Below are positions 1 to 9,857 of a DNA stretch of 64,000 bases, in pieces; position 1 is the first letter of the stretch; each line of letters starts with the position of its first letter. Below the pieces are notes generated by a model. The model ran no database searches and was not told the origin of the DNA. It saw only the letters and a program-made list of their open reading frames with translations. The translations under genes were made by a program, and so were the position numbers. Origin of the DNA: an uncultured Trueperaceae bacterium (lineage in GTDB: Bacteria > Deinococcota > Deinococci > Deinococcales > Trueperaceae); the NCBI GenBank assembly GCA_963799485.1, contig CAWCXJ010000006.1:512001-576000 (forward strand), given 5' to 3'.

Positions 1-109
1 TGGGCTGAGTATAGACCTAAATACCAGATTTTTGCTCTACCTGACGGCCCGCTGACAAACGGGTAGCTAGAATCGAGCTTGTGAAGAGTTCAGTTTTGGT
101 GAGTTACGC

Positions 110-784
110 GTGAGCGCGCATATTCTGGTCGTCGAAGACGAGCCGGCAGTGCGTGAACTGCTCTCGTTTCACCTGAGCCGGGCCGGGTTTCGGGTCACCG
201 AAGCCGAAACGCTCGCCGAGGCTTGGGCGCATGTTGCCGGGGCAGACGCGGTGGTGCTCGACTGGATGCTCCCGGACGGTTCCGGGGTGGACTGGCTGCA
301 AACGTTGCGGCAAACGGTGAAGGGCGAACGTCGCCCCGTCCTGCTGCTGACCGCCCGCGCCAGCGAAACCGATAAGGTGCGGGGGCTCGACTCGGGCGCG
401 GACGACTACCTCGTCAAACCGTTTTCGGCAGCCGAACTCGTGGCGCGGCTCCGGGCGCTTTTACGGCGTACCGAACCGGCACGTGTGCACAAAGTGGGGG
501 CGCTTACGCTAGACGAACGTCAGGGGAGTGCCAGCTTCCAGGGTCGTCCCCTGAGCCTGACCCGGCGTGAGTTTGAGCTGTTGGCGTTTTTGTGCGCGTC
601 GCCGGGGCGGGTGTTTTCGCGTACCGAACTGCTCGACCGGGTGTGGGGTGAAGACTTTTTAGGTACCGAGCGGACTGTAGACCAGCACGTCGCGCAGCTC
701 CGGGCGTTGTTGGTCGAGGCCGACCTGATCGAAACCGTGCGCGGGCGTGGCTACCGCCTCAAGGGGCCGGAGCAGGGTGCCTAG
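110..784 (+). CDS. phoB: OmpR/PhoB-family response regulator
   Basis: Receiver motifs VVEDE, LDWMLP, LLLTA, DDYLVKPF plus winged-helix RTVDQHV...TVRGRGY; LDWMLP is PhoB-like. Confidence 0.85.
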   Translation: MSAHILVVEDEPAVRELLSFHLSRAGFRVTEAETLAEAWAHVAGADAVVLDWMLPDGSGVDWLQTLRQTVKGERRPVLLLTARASETDKVRGLDSGADDYLVKPFSAAELVARLRALLRRTEPARVHKVGALTLDERQGSASFQGRPLSLTRREFELLAFLCASPGRVFSRTELLDRVWGEDFLGTERTVDQHVAQLRALLVEADLIETVRGRGYRLKGPEQGA

Positions 785-1700
785 TCAGCCACCTTACTTC
801 GACCTTTTAGCAGAAGGTTTGATTGTGGTAAACGACAGCCGGGTTACGCGGCTTAACGCGGCAGCGGGCCGGTTTTTGGAAGTCGAACCGGACGCGGCAA
901 GGGGCGCGGCGCTGATCAGCGTGGTGCGCGACCACCGGCTCGAGCAGGTCTTTTTAACCGGCAAAAGCACCGAACTCGAGACCCGTGGTCGGATTTTACG
1001 GGCCTCGGCGACGCCCGAGTGCCTCATCCTTCATGACCTGAGCGAAACACGCCGCGCCCAGGAGAGCGCCCGCGAGCTGTTAGCCGTGTTGTCGCACGAA
1101 CTCAGAACGCCCGCGACCACGATTCGCTCGACCTTGGAGGCACTCCGGTATCCCTTGGAGGAAGCGCAGCGCGAACGCTTTTTAGGCCGCGCCGAAGCTG
1201 AGACCGAGCGTTTGGTACGCCTCTTAAACGACCTGACCGTAGACGTGCGCCCGCCCAAACTCCGGTCGCTGGCGCTGCGCGAGGTCGTCTCACGGGCGCG
1301 GGCGCTGTTGCAAGGCACGTTTTTAGAGCATAAAGTGCAGCTCGAGTGCGCCGTCCCGTCTTTTACGGTGTTAGCCGACGCCGACAAGCTCTTGCAAGTT
1401 TTTATCAACTTGCTCGAGAACGCCGCTGTTCACGGCCCCGACGAAAAAACTATCTTTCTGCAAGCAGAGATGCAGGGTGCGTGGGTGCGGGTTTCGGTAC
1501 GCGACGAGGGGCAGCCGCTCCCCGAAAAGGCCATCGAAAGGCTTTTTGAACCGCACGCGCGGGGGCGCGGCGTCAAGGTCAAGGGAACAGGTTTGGGGCT
1601 TTATATCGTCCGCTCGATTGCCCAGCGTTGGGGCGGTGAGGCGTGGGGGAGACCCTTAGCGACCGGCAACGAATTCGGCTTTAGTGTACCGCTGCGGTAA
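777..1700 (+). CDS. phoR: PhoR-like sensor histidine kinase (PAS-HisKA-HATPase, no obvious TM segment)
   Basis: SHELRTP H-box, NLLENA N-box, GTGLGLYIV G2; GTG at 777 overlaps the regulator 3' end. Confidence 0.8.
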   Translation: MPSQPPYFDLLAEGLIVVNDSRVTRLNAAAGRFLEVEPDAARGAALISVVRDHRLEQVFLTGKSTELETRGRILRASATPECLILHDLSETRRAQESARELLAVLSHELRTPATTIRSTLEALRYPLEEAQRERFLGRAEAETERLVRLLNDLTVDVRPPKLRSLALREVVSRARALLQGTFLEHKVQLECAVPSFTVLADADKLLQVFINLLENAAVHGPDEKTIFLQAEMQGAWVRVSVRDEGQPLPEKAIERLFEPHARGRGVKVKGTGLGLYIVRSIAQRWGGEAWGRPLATGNEFGFSVPLR

Positions 1701-1872
1701 AGCTACGCCGGTGACTCTGCGGCATTTGTTGCGGGGCTCGAGGTTGCGACGAAGCCAAAGCTGCTTTGTTCTTGCGCCCACAGGCTGATTTGCCAGGCTG
1801 ACTTGCTCGAAGCCGGCGTTGAGAACGCCTGTATGAGGTCGTCACCGTAACGCGTTTGCCGGGCGAAAAATC

Positions 1873-4800
1873 TCAAAACGGCACCTCCGCCGGACGCACC
1901 GTTTCCTGGGCCGACCGACCGAAGCGGTTGCCCCGGCCGGCGGCGGCGCGCAGCAGGTTGTTCCGGTCGAGTGTCACGGACACTTTGAGCCACGGGCAGC
2001 TCAACCGGAGGTCGTCAAGGTGCTCTTTGGCAACCCGTAAGGCGTCGGTCTGGTATGTTGCCGTACCCCGTTCGGAACGCACCTTGAGCTGCAGGTTCGT
2101 CGTCCCGGCGTATTCGTCGACGTGCGAGCGGAAGTCTTTGAGCATCGTTTCGTTCACCTCCTCGAGCCGAAACTCGGCGACAGCGACTTCAGGCAGACTT
2201 TCGCGTTCGTCCCAGCGGATCAGCCGGTCGACGACCAGACGGGTGCTGCCGTCTTTATCCGCCGCCTCCGCGACGAGGACGGCGGGCGCGTCTTCTTCCA
2301 ATTTGTCGGCAATATCCTCGTAGGTGCGCCCGAAGGCGACGACCTCTTTGCTGCCGGTTTCGTCGGCCAACTCGAAAAACGCCATCATCCCGCCTGAACG
2401 CGTCGCTTTTTTCTGCACCTTCTGGATCAAACCTGCCAAAACGAGGTGCTGTCGCGGCTCGCCCCGTGCGGCGTCTACCAGGGCCTTATAGCAGCGCCCC
2501 AACCCCGCCACGGTACAACTCGCCGCTTCTGACAGCCCCGGATAGGCGTTCATCGGGTGGTCGGAGATGTATAAACCGAGCGCGTCTTTTTCAAACTTGA
2601 GCAGCTCGAGCCGACTGAGTGGGGTGACATTTTTGGCCTCGGGCGGCCTGGTCTCTTCTGCGCCAAAGAGCCCGAACTGTCCGGCGGAGGCGCTTGCGCG
2701 CTCTGCCGTGCCCCATTTTACGGCAGCCTCGAGGTTCGCTAAAATGGTGCTCCGGTCGCCCAGCTTGTCGAACGCGCCCGCCTTGACGAGATGCTCTAAC
2801 GCGCGTTTGTTGACCGAACTCGCGTCCACCCGTTTGCAAAAGTCGTACAAGTCTTTGAACTTGCCCTGTTCGCGTACCCGTAAAATATGCTCGACCGCGC
2901 CGTCGCCGACGTTTTTGATGCCGTAAAGCCCGAACCGCACGACCGCGCCGACCGGTGTAAAGTCGCTCCGCGAGTCGTTGATGTCGGGCGGCAGAACGTC
3001 GATCCCCAAATGCCTTGCGTCGGCGGCGTACTGCGCCACCTTATCCGAATCGCCGCGTTCGACGGTCAGCAGGGCGGCGGCAAACTCGACCGGGTAGTGG
3101 GCTTTGAGATACGCGGTCTGATAGGAAAGCACCCCGTAAGCCGCCGAATGTGACTTGTTGAAGCCGTAGTTGGCAAACTTCTCGAGCAGATCGAAAATCG
3201 CGTTCGCTTCACCTGCCGGAATGCCCTTTTCTTTGGCCCCCGACAGGAAAATCTCGCGCTGTTTGACCATCTCCTCGACTTTTTTCTTACCCATCGCGCG
3301 CCGCAGCAGGTCGGCCTCACCGAGCGAATAACCCGCAACGGCCTGGGCAATCTGCATAATCTGTTCCTGATAGACCGGAATACCGTAAGTTTCCTCCAAG
3401 ATGGGCTCGAGATGCACCCCGGCTTTGGGAAACTGCTCGGTATAGTCCACCTCTTCTTGTTTGTGGTGCCGCCGGATGTACGTCGGAATATTTTCCATCG
3501 GGCCGGGGCGGTACAACGCCGAAACCGCAATCAAATCCTGAATCCGGGTCGGACGGAGCTTCTTGAGCGTATCGACCATCCCCGGCGACTCGAACTGAAA
3601 CACGCCCGCTGCTTCGCCGCGTGAAAGCAGTTCAAAGGTTTTGGGGTCGCCCGCCGGAAACTCGTCGGGGTTGAGGTCCAGCCCCCGCGACTCCTTGACG
3701 ATACGGATCGCCGCCTCGATAAAGGTCAGCGTCCGCAGGCCCAAAAAGTCCATTTTGAGGAATCCGAGTTCTTCGATGCTGCCCATGTCGTACTGACAGA
3801 CGATGGGGCCGTCGCCGCTGCGAAAGACCGGGGCCAACTCCTGCACAGGTTCACGGGCGATGATGACGCCCGCCGCGTGAACCGAAGCGTGGCGCGTCAA
3901 GCCTTCCAAATTCATCGCCACGTCCATAAACTCTTTCGCGCCGTTGTCGTAGAGCGTTTTAATCTCGGACACTTCGTCCATCGCTTTTTGAATAGGTGTC
4001 GAACGACCAAAGACGACCGGGATGAGTTTCGATACGGCGTCGGCGTCGGCGTAGGGAATTTCCAGCACCCGCGCCGCGTCACGCACCGCAGCTTTCGACG
4101 CCATCGTCCCGAAGGTGGCAATCTGCGCGACCTTATCCTCACCGTACTTTTGCCGGACATACTCGACGACCTCGAGCCTACGCGCGTCCGAAAAATCCAC
4201 ATCGAAGTCGGGCATACTCACCCGGTCGGGGTTCAAAAACCGCTCGAAGAGCAGGTCGAACTCCAACGGGTCGATGTCGGTAATTCTTGTAGCAAACGCA
4301 ACAATAGAGCCCGCGCCCGAGCCGCGCCCCGGACCGACGGCGATGCCCTGGTCTTTGGCCCAGTTGATAAAGTCTGCGACAATCAGGAAATAGTCGGGAA
4401 AACCCATGGCGATAATCACGCCGAGTTCGTATTCGGCGCGGGCCAGAATCGTCATCGCTTCTTCGCTGAGCGTGCCCGCTGTTTTGAGCTTTTCCAGATG
4501 CGCGTAGGTAACGTACTTTGTACCGGCATCTTTGGCTTGCCGCTGACAGAGTTCTCCGGCGGTGGCGAGTTTGTCGAGCACGTCCTCGAGCGTCCCCGAA
4601 GCGTCTAGTTTGACGCTTTCGGTCATGCCCAAGTACTGCCGGTAAAGTGCCTCGTCGATGACCTCGTAGCGTTCTATCAAACCTTCATACGTCTGCACCC
4701 GGAGCTGTTCAGCCAGGGTGCGGCCTGCCGGAATCGGCAGTTCAGGCATCTGATAGATACGGTTGGGACCGATGGGCAAGGTCACGTCGCACATGTCGGC

Positions 4801-5706
4801 AACGGTGACACTATTGGCTAACGCGCTTGGAAAGTCGCGCTCAGGAATGGCGCGGGCCATCTCAGCGGGTGTTTTGACGTAAAACTCGTCGCACGGGAAT
4901 CTGAAGCGTTTGGGGTCGGAGAGCGTGGTTTTGGTCTGAATGGCTAAGAGCGCTTCGTGCGCCTTGGCGTCGTCTTTTTTGACGTAGTGCCCGTCGTTCG
5001 TGGCGATCATCCCGAGGCCGTGTTTGTCCGCTAACTCGCGGAGCATCGGGTTCAGCCGCGTTTGCTGCTCGGTCAGGTCGCGCAAGCTTTCAGTCATCTC
5101 GGCGGCTTCGGTCGGGACGTGGTTTTGCAGTTCGATAAAAAAGTCGTCGCCGTAAATGTCCAGATATTGCCGTAAAACCGCTTCGCCGGCTTCGGCACCG
5201 ACATCGAGCAGGTTGCGCGGCAGCTGCGCGCCCAGGCAACCCGAGAGGGCAATCACGCCTTCGGAATATTCGCGCAGGAGTTCGTGATCTACGCGCGGCT
5301 TCATGTAAAAGCCCTCGAGCCAACCCCGCGAGTTCAGTTTGCACAGGTTCTGATAACCCTTGAAGTTTTTCGCTAGCAGGGTTAAATGGAAGTAACCACC
5401 GTCGAGCTTGGAGGACGGGCGCTTTTTCTCAAAGCGTGAACCAGCCGTGACATACGCCTCAAAGCCGAGAATCGGTTTGACGCCCTCTTTTTCCGCTGCC
5501 TTGTAAAACTCGACTGCACCGTGCATGTTGCCGTGGTCGGTCATCGCCACCGTCGGATTCTCCGGCGAAACCTCCTTGACCCACTTCATCAGGTCTTTGA
5601 TGCGGGCTGCGCCGTCTAAAAGGCTGTAGGCCGTGTGCTGGTGGAGATGCGCGAATTTAAGCGGTTTAGGGGAGTCGGGCTTTGGGGTTTTTAGAGCGTC
5701 CGCCAT
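1873..5706 (-). CDS. dnaE: DNA polymerase III alpha subunit
   Basis: PHP motif HLHQHTAYSLLDG, GPGRGSGAGS, MPDFDVDF, FNKSHSAAY, C-terminal OB fold. Confidence 0.98.
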   Translation of the reverse strand: MADALKTPKPDSPKPLKFAHLHQHTAYSLLDGAARIKDLMKWVKEVSPENPTVAMTDHGNMHGAVEFYKAAEKEGVKPILGFEAYVTAGSRFEKKRPSSKLDGGYFHLTLLAKNFKGYQNLCKLNSRGWLEGFYMKPRVDHELLREYSEGVIALSGCLGAQLPRNLLDVGAEAGEAVLRQYLDIYGDDFFIELQNHVPTEAAEMTESLRDLTEQQTRLNPMLRELADKHGLGMIATNDGHYVKKDDAKAHEALLAIQTKTTLSDPKRFRFPCDEFYVKTPAEMARAIPERDFPSALANSVTVADMCDVTLPIGPNRIYQMPELPIPAGRTLAEQLRVQTYEGLIERYEVIDEALYRQYLGMTESVKLDASGTLEDVLDKLATAGELCQRQAKDAGTKYVTYAHLEKLKTAGTLSEEAMTILARAEYELGVIIAMGFPDYFLIVADFINWAKDQGIAVGPGRGSGAGSIVAFATRITDIDPLEFDLLFERFLNPDRVSMPDFDVDFSDARRLEVVEYVRQKYGEDKVAQIATFGTMASKAAVRDAARVLEIPYADADAVSKLIPVVFGRSTPIQKAMDEVSEIKTLYDNGAKEFMDVAMNLEGLTRHASVHAAGVIIAREPVQELAPVFRSGDGPIVCQYDMGSIEELGFLKMDFLGLRTLTFIEAAIRIVKESRGLDLNPDEFPAGDPKTFELLSRGEAAGVFQFESPGMVDTLKKLRPTRIQDLIAVSALYRPGPMENIPTYIRRHHKQEEVDYTEQFPKAGVHLEPILEETYGIPVYQEQIMQIAQAVAGYSLGEADLLRRAMGKKKVEEMVKQREIFLSGAKEKGIPAGEANAIFDLLEKFANYGFNKSHSAAYGVLSYQTAYLKAHYPVEFAAALLTVERGDSDKVAQYAADARHLGIDVLPPDINDSRSDFTPVGAVVRFGLYGIKNVGDGAVEHILRVREQGKFKDLYDFCKRVDASSVNKRALEHLVKAGAFDKLGDRSTILANLEAAVKWGTAERASASAGQFGLFGAEETRPPEAKNVTPLSRLELLKFEKDALGLYISDHPMNAYPGLSEAASCTVAGLGRCYKALVDAARGEPRQHLVLAGLIQKVQKKATRSGGMMAFFELADETGSKEVVAFGRTYEDIADKLEEDAPAVLVAEAADKDGSTRLVVDRLIRWDERESLPEVAVAEFRLEEVNETMLKDFRSHVDEYAGTTNLQLKVRSERGTATYQTDALRVAKEHLDDLRLSCPWLKVSVTLDRNNLLRAAAGRGNRFGRSAQETVRPAEVPF

Positions 5707-5751
5707 GCTTCATGTTACTCCCATCCGACCGAGGTACCAATCCGACCAAAG

Positions 5752-6051
5752 CTAGGCGGCGCGTTTTTCGGTAACGTGTCCGTCGAAGGTGCTGTCTGTT
5801 ATATAGGCGGGCGTAGTACGGGGCTCGAGCCTTACGATTTTACGCCGGCTCTGCGCTGCTACAGCCGGTTTAGCAACGACTCGCACGACCTCGAGCTGGG
5901 TGGGTGCCGGATACTGCGTCGCGGGGAGCCTGACAAGCGCACGGCGCAGTTCGGCGCATTTTGCCTGGCGGCGTCTGCCGAAATGTTCGATAGCCAGGAC
6001 AAGCAGACCGAGGAGGGCGGCGCGGATAAGGAGGGCGACTTCTGGGCTCAT
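5752..6051 (-). CDS. Hypothetical small membrane-anchored protein
   Basis: ATG at 6051 after purine-rich GAGAAAGGA; N-terminal hydrophobic helix ALLIRAALLGLLVLAI. Confidence 0.5.
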   Translation of the reverse strand: MSPEVALLIRAALLGLLVLAIEHFGRRRQAKCAELRRALVRLPATQYPAPTQLEVVRVVAKPAVAAQSRRKIVRLEPRTTPAYITDSTFDGHVTEKRAA

Positions 6052-6233
6052 CTGGGTTCCTTTCTCGCTACCGGTCGGGTAGCCGAGTGAGCTGAGACCA
6101 GCATACCTTAAATAATAAGGTATTTGATGAGAATAAGGTATATGGTGAGCCGGGCGACGCTCGAGGCTTGTCCAGCCCCGGCAATTCGTCACAGTCACGC
6201 CCTACACGCACAAATTCCTTATACTGGTCTCTT

Positions 6234-7202
6234 ATGAAACGTATCGCAGTCCTTACCAGCGGTGGCGACGCACCCGGCATGAACGCTGCCATCCGCGCAG
6301 TCGTTCGCACCGCGTGTTACGAAAATATCGAAATCTTCGGCGTGACGCGGGGCTACAAGGGTCTTATCGGGGGCGACTTCAAAGAGATGAACGCCCGCAG
6401 CGTCGACAACATCACGCAGCGCGGCGGCACAATCCTCTACAGCGCTCGTTGCAAGGAGTTTTTAGAACCTGCCGGGCGTGCTCAAGCGGCCGAAAAGCTC
6501 CGCGCTAACGGTATCGAAGGGCTCATTGTGATCGGCGGCAACGGCTCGTTTCAGGGCGCGCACCTGTTAGCCGCAGAGCAGGGCGTCAGGGTCATCGGGA
6601 TTCCCGGCACCATCGACAACGACATTTACGGCACCGACGTGACCATCGGTTTTCACACTGCTATGAACATCGCGCTGAGCGCCATCGACCGCCTGCGCGA
6701 TACCGGTCACTCACACGACCGCCTCTTTTTGGTCGAGGTGATGGGGCGGCATTCGGGTCATATTGCGCTGAACGTCGGGATTGCAGGGGGGGCCGAAGAG
6801 ATTCTGGTGCCCGAACGCGAGTACGACATCGACGCCATGGTCGCGTCGATTGCCGCGGGGCGGGGGCGGGGGCGGAGTTCGTCGATTATCGTCGTGGCCG
6901 AGGGCGCGGCTATCGGGGGGGCGATGGCGATTGAAAAACGTATCGAAGCGGCGAGCGGCTATGAAGTTCGCACAACTGTCCTAGGGCACGTGCAGCGCGG
7001 CGGCCCACCGACTACCCGCGACCGGGTTCTCGCGGCGCGGCTGGGTTATCACGCGGTGACGGCGCTCTTGGCGGGACAAACCGACGTGATGGTCGGCGTC
7101 GATAAACGCGACACCGTATTTATCCCGCTGCAAGAAACGTGGGAAAAGCAAAAAGAACTCGAGTGGCACCTCTACGACATCAACAAGATTTTAGCGGGTT
7201 AG
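6234..7202 (+). CDS. pfkA: ATP-dependent 6-phosphofructokinase
   Basis: MKRIAVLTSGGDAPGMNAAIR, PGTIDND, EVMGRHSG, LGHVQRGG. Confidence 0.97.
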   Translation: MKRIAVLTSGGDAPGMNAAIRAVVRTACYENIEIFGVTRGYKGLIGGDFKEMNARSVDNITQRGGTILYSARCKEFLEPAGRAQAAEKLRANGIEGLIVIGGNGSFQGAHLLAAEQGVRVIGIPGTIDNDIYGTDVTIGFHTAMNIALSAIDRLRDTGHSHDRLFLVEVMGRHSGHIALNVGIAGGAEEILVPEREYDIDAMVASIAAGRGRGRSSSIIVVAEGAAIGGAMAIEKRIEAASGYEVRTTVLGHVQRGGPPTTRDRVLAARLGYHAVTALLAGQTDVMVGVDKRDTVFIPLQETWEKQKELEWHLYDINKILAG

Positions 7203-7369
7203 CGAGGTACTCGAGCTTACGCGGCAGTCTGCCGGGTGGCTGGACGATGAGGAATAAAGCAGAACGAACATCCTGAATTCTCCCCCCGGTGTTCTTGATT
7301 CTCACCTCCCTCAACACATGCTTGGGCGTAAACGACACCGCACAGGGTCAGCGCACCGTAGAATAATCT

Positions 7370-8020
7370 ATGACGCCAGGCTTGAGCAGTTTCACTGTTT
7401 TCGGCAATAGACCCCCGCAAACTGCCTTACCCGACGCGCTGCGCCGTGAACTCGGCAAAGGCGAGGTGCTCTACCACGCCCAGGACGAAGCCGTAAGCCT
7501 CTACCGTATCGACGAAGGTCTCTTAAAACTCAGCCTCGAGCTGCCCAGCGGACGCGAACGTATCACCCAACTCGTCGGCCCCGGTGATTACCTCGGCGCG
7601 CTCGCTGCCGACGCTTTTTACGGTGAACGCGCCGAAGCACTTTCGGCGAAGGTCAGTGTCAGGGAAGTTGCCAAAGAAAACGCCGAGATACTGGGTTCGG
7701 CCCTTTTGGAGGCGACCGGCGAACAGCTCCGGCGAGTTCGGGACGCGCTCGAGGACACCGACTTGCCCGTCGCCGCCCGCCTCGCCCGGACGCTCCTGCG
7801 CCTCGGTCGGCGATTTGGTCACACCTCCGAAGCGGGCCGGGTTCACCTCACCCTGCCGCTGACGCACGACACCCTGGCGGCGCTCGTCGGCGCAGCCCGC
7901 GAAACGACGACGGCGTTAATCAGCGAGATGCGCGCCGAGGGTGTGCTCAGCGGGACGCGCGGGCGCTACAGCTTTGAACAGGGTGCGCTGCTCGAGTTCG
8001 CCTACTCAGCCGCGTTCTAA
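7370..8020 (+). CDS. Crp/Fnr-family transcriptional regulator
   Basis: cNMP-binding beta-roll (LYRIDEGLLKL, VGPGDYLG) and HTH LTHDTLAALVGAARETTT. Confidence 0.9.
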   Translation: MTPGLSSFTVFGNRPPQTALPDALRRELGKGEVLYHAQDEAVSLYRIDEGLLKLSLELPSGRERITQLVGPGDYLGALAADAFYGERAEALSAKVSVREVAKENAEILGSALLEATGEQLRRVRDALEDTDLPVAARLARTLLRLGRRFGHTSEAGRVHLTLPLTHDTLAALVGAARETTTALISEMRAEGVLSGTRGRYSFEQGALLEFAYSAAF

Positions 8021-8105
8021 ATTCAAAAGTGTTGCAAAGCTTGTCTTCCTATGGCGCGAGGTTCTTCTTTTGGCTACCGAAGGCTGAGTCATAGTAAACG
8101 CTCCA

Positions 8106-8546
8106 CTACTGTTTGATTCGTTCGTTCAAATCCAGAATAATTCCCTCCGGCCCGCGCACGTAACACAACTTGTAACTGTTCTCATAGTTTTGAATCTCAC
8201 CGAAGATTTCTGCCCCTTTCGCTTTCAATTTGGCAACTAGAGCCTCGAGGTCTTCAACAAGAAAAGCGATGTGCCGTATGCCAAGAGCATTCACAGGAGA
8301 CTGCTGAACGTCCCCTTCATCTGGCGGCGTGTGAAATTTGATGAGCTCTATACTCGCCTCACCGCCCGGTGGTCGCATCATGACAAGTGAGGTTTTGACC
8401 TCTTTAAGCCCGAGCAGGTTGTCCAACAGTGCTCCTTCCATTTCCGCTTCCCCTTGCATCTCTAGTCCGAAATCAAGAAAAAACGTTTTAGCGGCAGGAA
8501 GGTCGTTGACGATGACGCCTATATGATCTATTTTCTTTATCTTTAT
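8106..8546 (-). CDS. VOC/glyoxalase-family protein (expected start codon position is ATA)
   Basis: IDHIGVIVNDL, GIRHIAFLVED, YVRGPEG; SD AGGAG 6 nt before ATA at 8546; visibly AT-richer than flanks. Confidence 0.8.
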   Translation of the reverse strand: MKIKKIDHIGVIVNDLPAAKTFFLDFGLEMQGEAEMEGALLDNLLGLKEVKTSLVMMRPPGGEASIELIKFHTPPDEGDVQQSPVNALGIRHIAFLVEDLEALVAKLKAKGAEIFGEIQNYENSYKLCYVRGPEGIILDLNERIKQ

Positions 8547-8798
8547 GATTGTCTCCTTCCGTCTGTAGCAATAGGTCATGTATACCTAGCAAGGTTACGC
8601 CTGCACGGCTTCTCGAAGCTTGCACGTTTACGGCAACCTAATCGGTAAGCGTGTTGTATCTAATCAGCATTTCAAAGAGAGATTGCTACCGTCATCATTT
8701 TAGAATGTGCGTGTTGCCCTGTAAATCTCAGTGGGAAAGCGTTGCTGACCAGATAATACCTGCTAAACGAAGCGTGGCTGTATTTCGCCTAAATAAGG

Positions 8799-8830
8799 AA
8801 ACGCCGCTAGGTCGCCCCTAGTGGCGTTTT
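8799..8830 (-). terminator. Intrinsic terminator downstream of tRNA-Ser
   Basis: Hairpin AAACGCCACTAGG...CCTAGCGGCGTTT followed by CCTTATTT on the minus strand. Confidence 0.7.
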
Positions 8831-8851
8831 ACTTGTTCCTACCTTTTTCTC

Positions 8852-8943
8852 TGGCGGAGAGAGAGGGATTCGAACCCTCGGTACCAGTTACCCAGCACAC
8901 ACGCTTTCCAGGCGTGCTCCTTCAACCACTCGGACACCTCTCC
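8852..8943 (-). tRNA. tRNA-Ser(GGA)
   Basis: GGAGAGGTGTCCGAGTGGTTGAAGGAGCACGCCTGGAAAGCGTG...GGTTCGAATCCCTCTCTCTCCGCCA; long variable arm; encoded CCA. Confidence 0.97.
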
Positions 8944-9054
8944 AGGCGTTCTAGTCGGGCGTCTCACGTCCGGCCCTAGAGTCTAGCAAGTTTTACGGCG
9001 CGTTCGCAATGCCCGCAACATGCCGGAGTGCTTACGCGCGGCTACAATAGCGTT

Positions 9055-9696
9055 ATGCTAAGAGACCGCATTTTTAACCTCGAGACACCCGAAGACGTTC
9101 AAGGCTTCCTCAGCGAAAACCCGACCAGCATCATCTTCAAGGCTGGAACGTGCCACAAGACGATGCAGGGCTTCGGCTTTTTGCAAGAGCAGCTCGAGAC
9201 CAGAGACGACCTCTCGGTCGGCCTGATCCGCGTGGTGCAGGCGCGTCCGGCGAGTAATTTCGTTGCCGAGCAGACCGGCATCGTCCACCAGTCGCCGCAA
9301 GTGATTCTCTACCGTGACGGTGAAGCCGTGTTCGACGCCGACAACTGGGACATTACGCCCGAAGTTCTAGATACCGGCCTCGCCAAAGCGCCCTACAGCG
9401 GCGCGGTTGCCGCCGGCACGAACGCCGCAACCAGCGATTTGACGCCGTATGTGGGGCTACTCGAGCGCTACCTAAACGGGGAACTCGACGACCGCGAGTT
9501 CGAGTTCGCCTACACCACCACCTTCCGCGACGACGCTTCACTACGCAGCCGCGAAGAAGTCGAGGTTTTAGGCAGCATTTTCGGCGACGTCGACCGGCAC
9601 ATGGAGATGCACATGCTTATGGGCGGGCGCGGCAACAGCGAGGTGGTGCGGCAGCGGGCAGCGGCGGCTTTGGAGCAGCTTAAAACGCTTGCTTAA
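9055..9696 (+). CDS. abxC: Atypical monothiol bacilliredoxin (BrxC/YtxJ-like domain plus helical C-terminal domain)
   Basis: FKAGTCHKT motif, GIVHQSPQVIL; TACAAT 6 nt before ATG. Confidence 0.75.
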   Translation: MLRDRIFNLETPEDVQGFLSENPTSIIFKAGTCHKTMQGFGFLQEQLETRDDLSVGLIRVVQARPASNFVAEQTGIVHQSPQVILYRDGEAVFDADNWDITPEVLDTGLAKAPYSGAVAAGTNAATSDLTPYVGLLERYLNGELDDREFEFAYTTTFRDDASLRSREEVEVLGSIFGDVDRHMEMHMLMGGRGNSEVVRQRAAAALEQLKTLA

Positions 9697-9786
9697 ACTC
9701 ACCTGACCCGAGCTCAACCCTGCTACTACACGGGCCGGGGTGCTAGACTTCTCAGTATGCCGCTACACAGCTCGAGTCCAAACTTG

Positions 9787-9812
9787 CAGAGGCAACCCGC
9801 CTCTGTTTTTTT
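9787..9812 (+). terminator. Intrinsic terminator-like hairpin upstream of the O-antigen ligase gene
   Basis: CAGAGGC-AACCC-GCCTCTG followed by T7. Confidence 0.7.
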
Positions 9813-9857
9813 ACGCCCTTTATCCGCCGCGCCGTTTTTCCGGAGCAGCGTCTTACG

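Noticed and set aside
4440..4680. About 80-aa insertion in DnaE, possible intein
   Set aside because: No Cys/Ser start, His-Asn end or LAGLIDADG motif; it fits a lineage-specific helical insertion
8040..8100. Possible att duplication of the tRNA-Ser 3' end
   Set aside because: Only a TGGCG-level match, too short to support
9055..9696. Bacilliredoxin with an extra C-terminal domain as a novel fusion
   Set aside because: Matches the described Deinococcus AbxC architecture (TCHKT)
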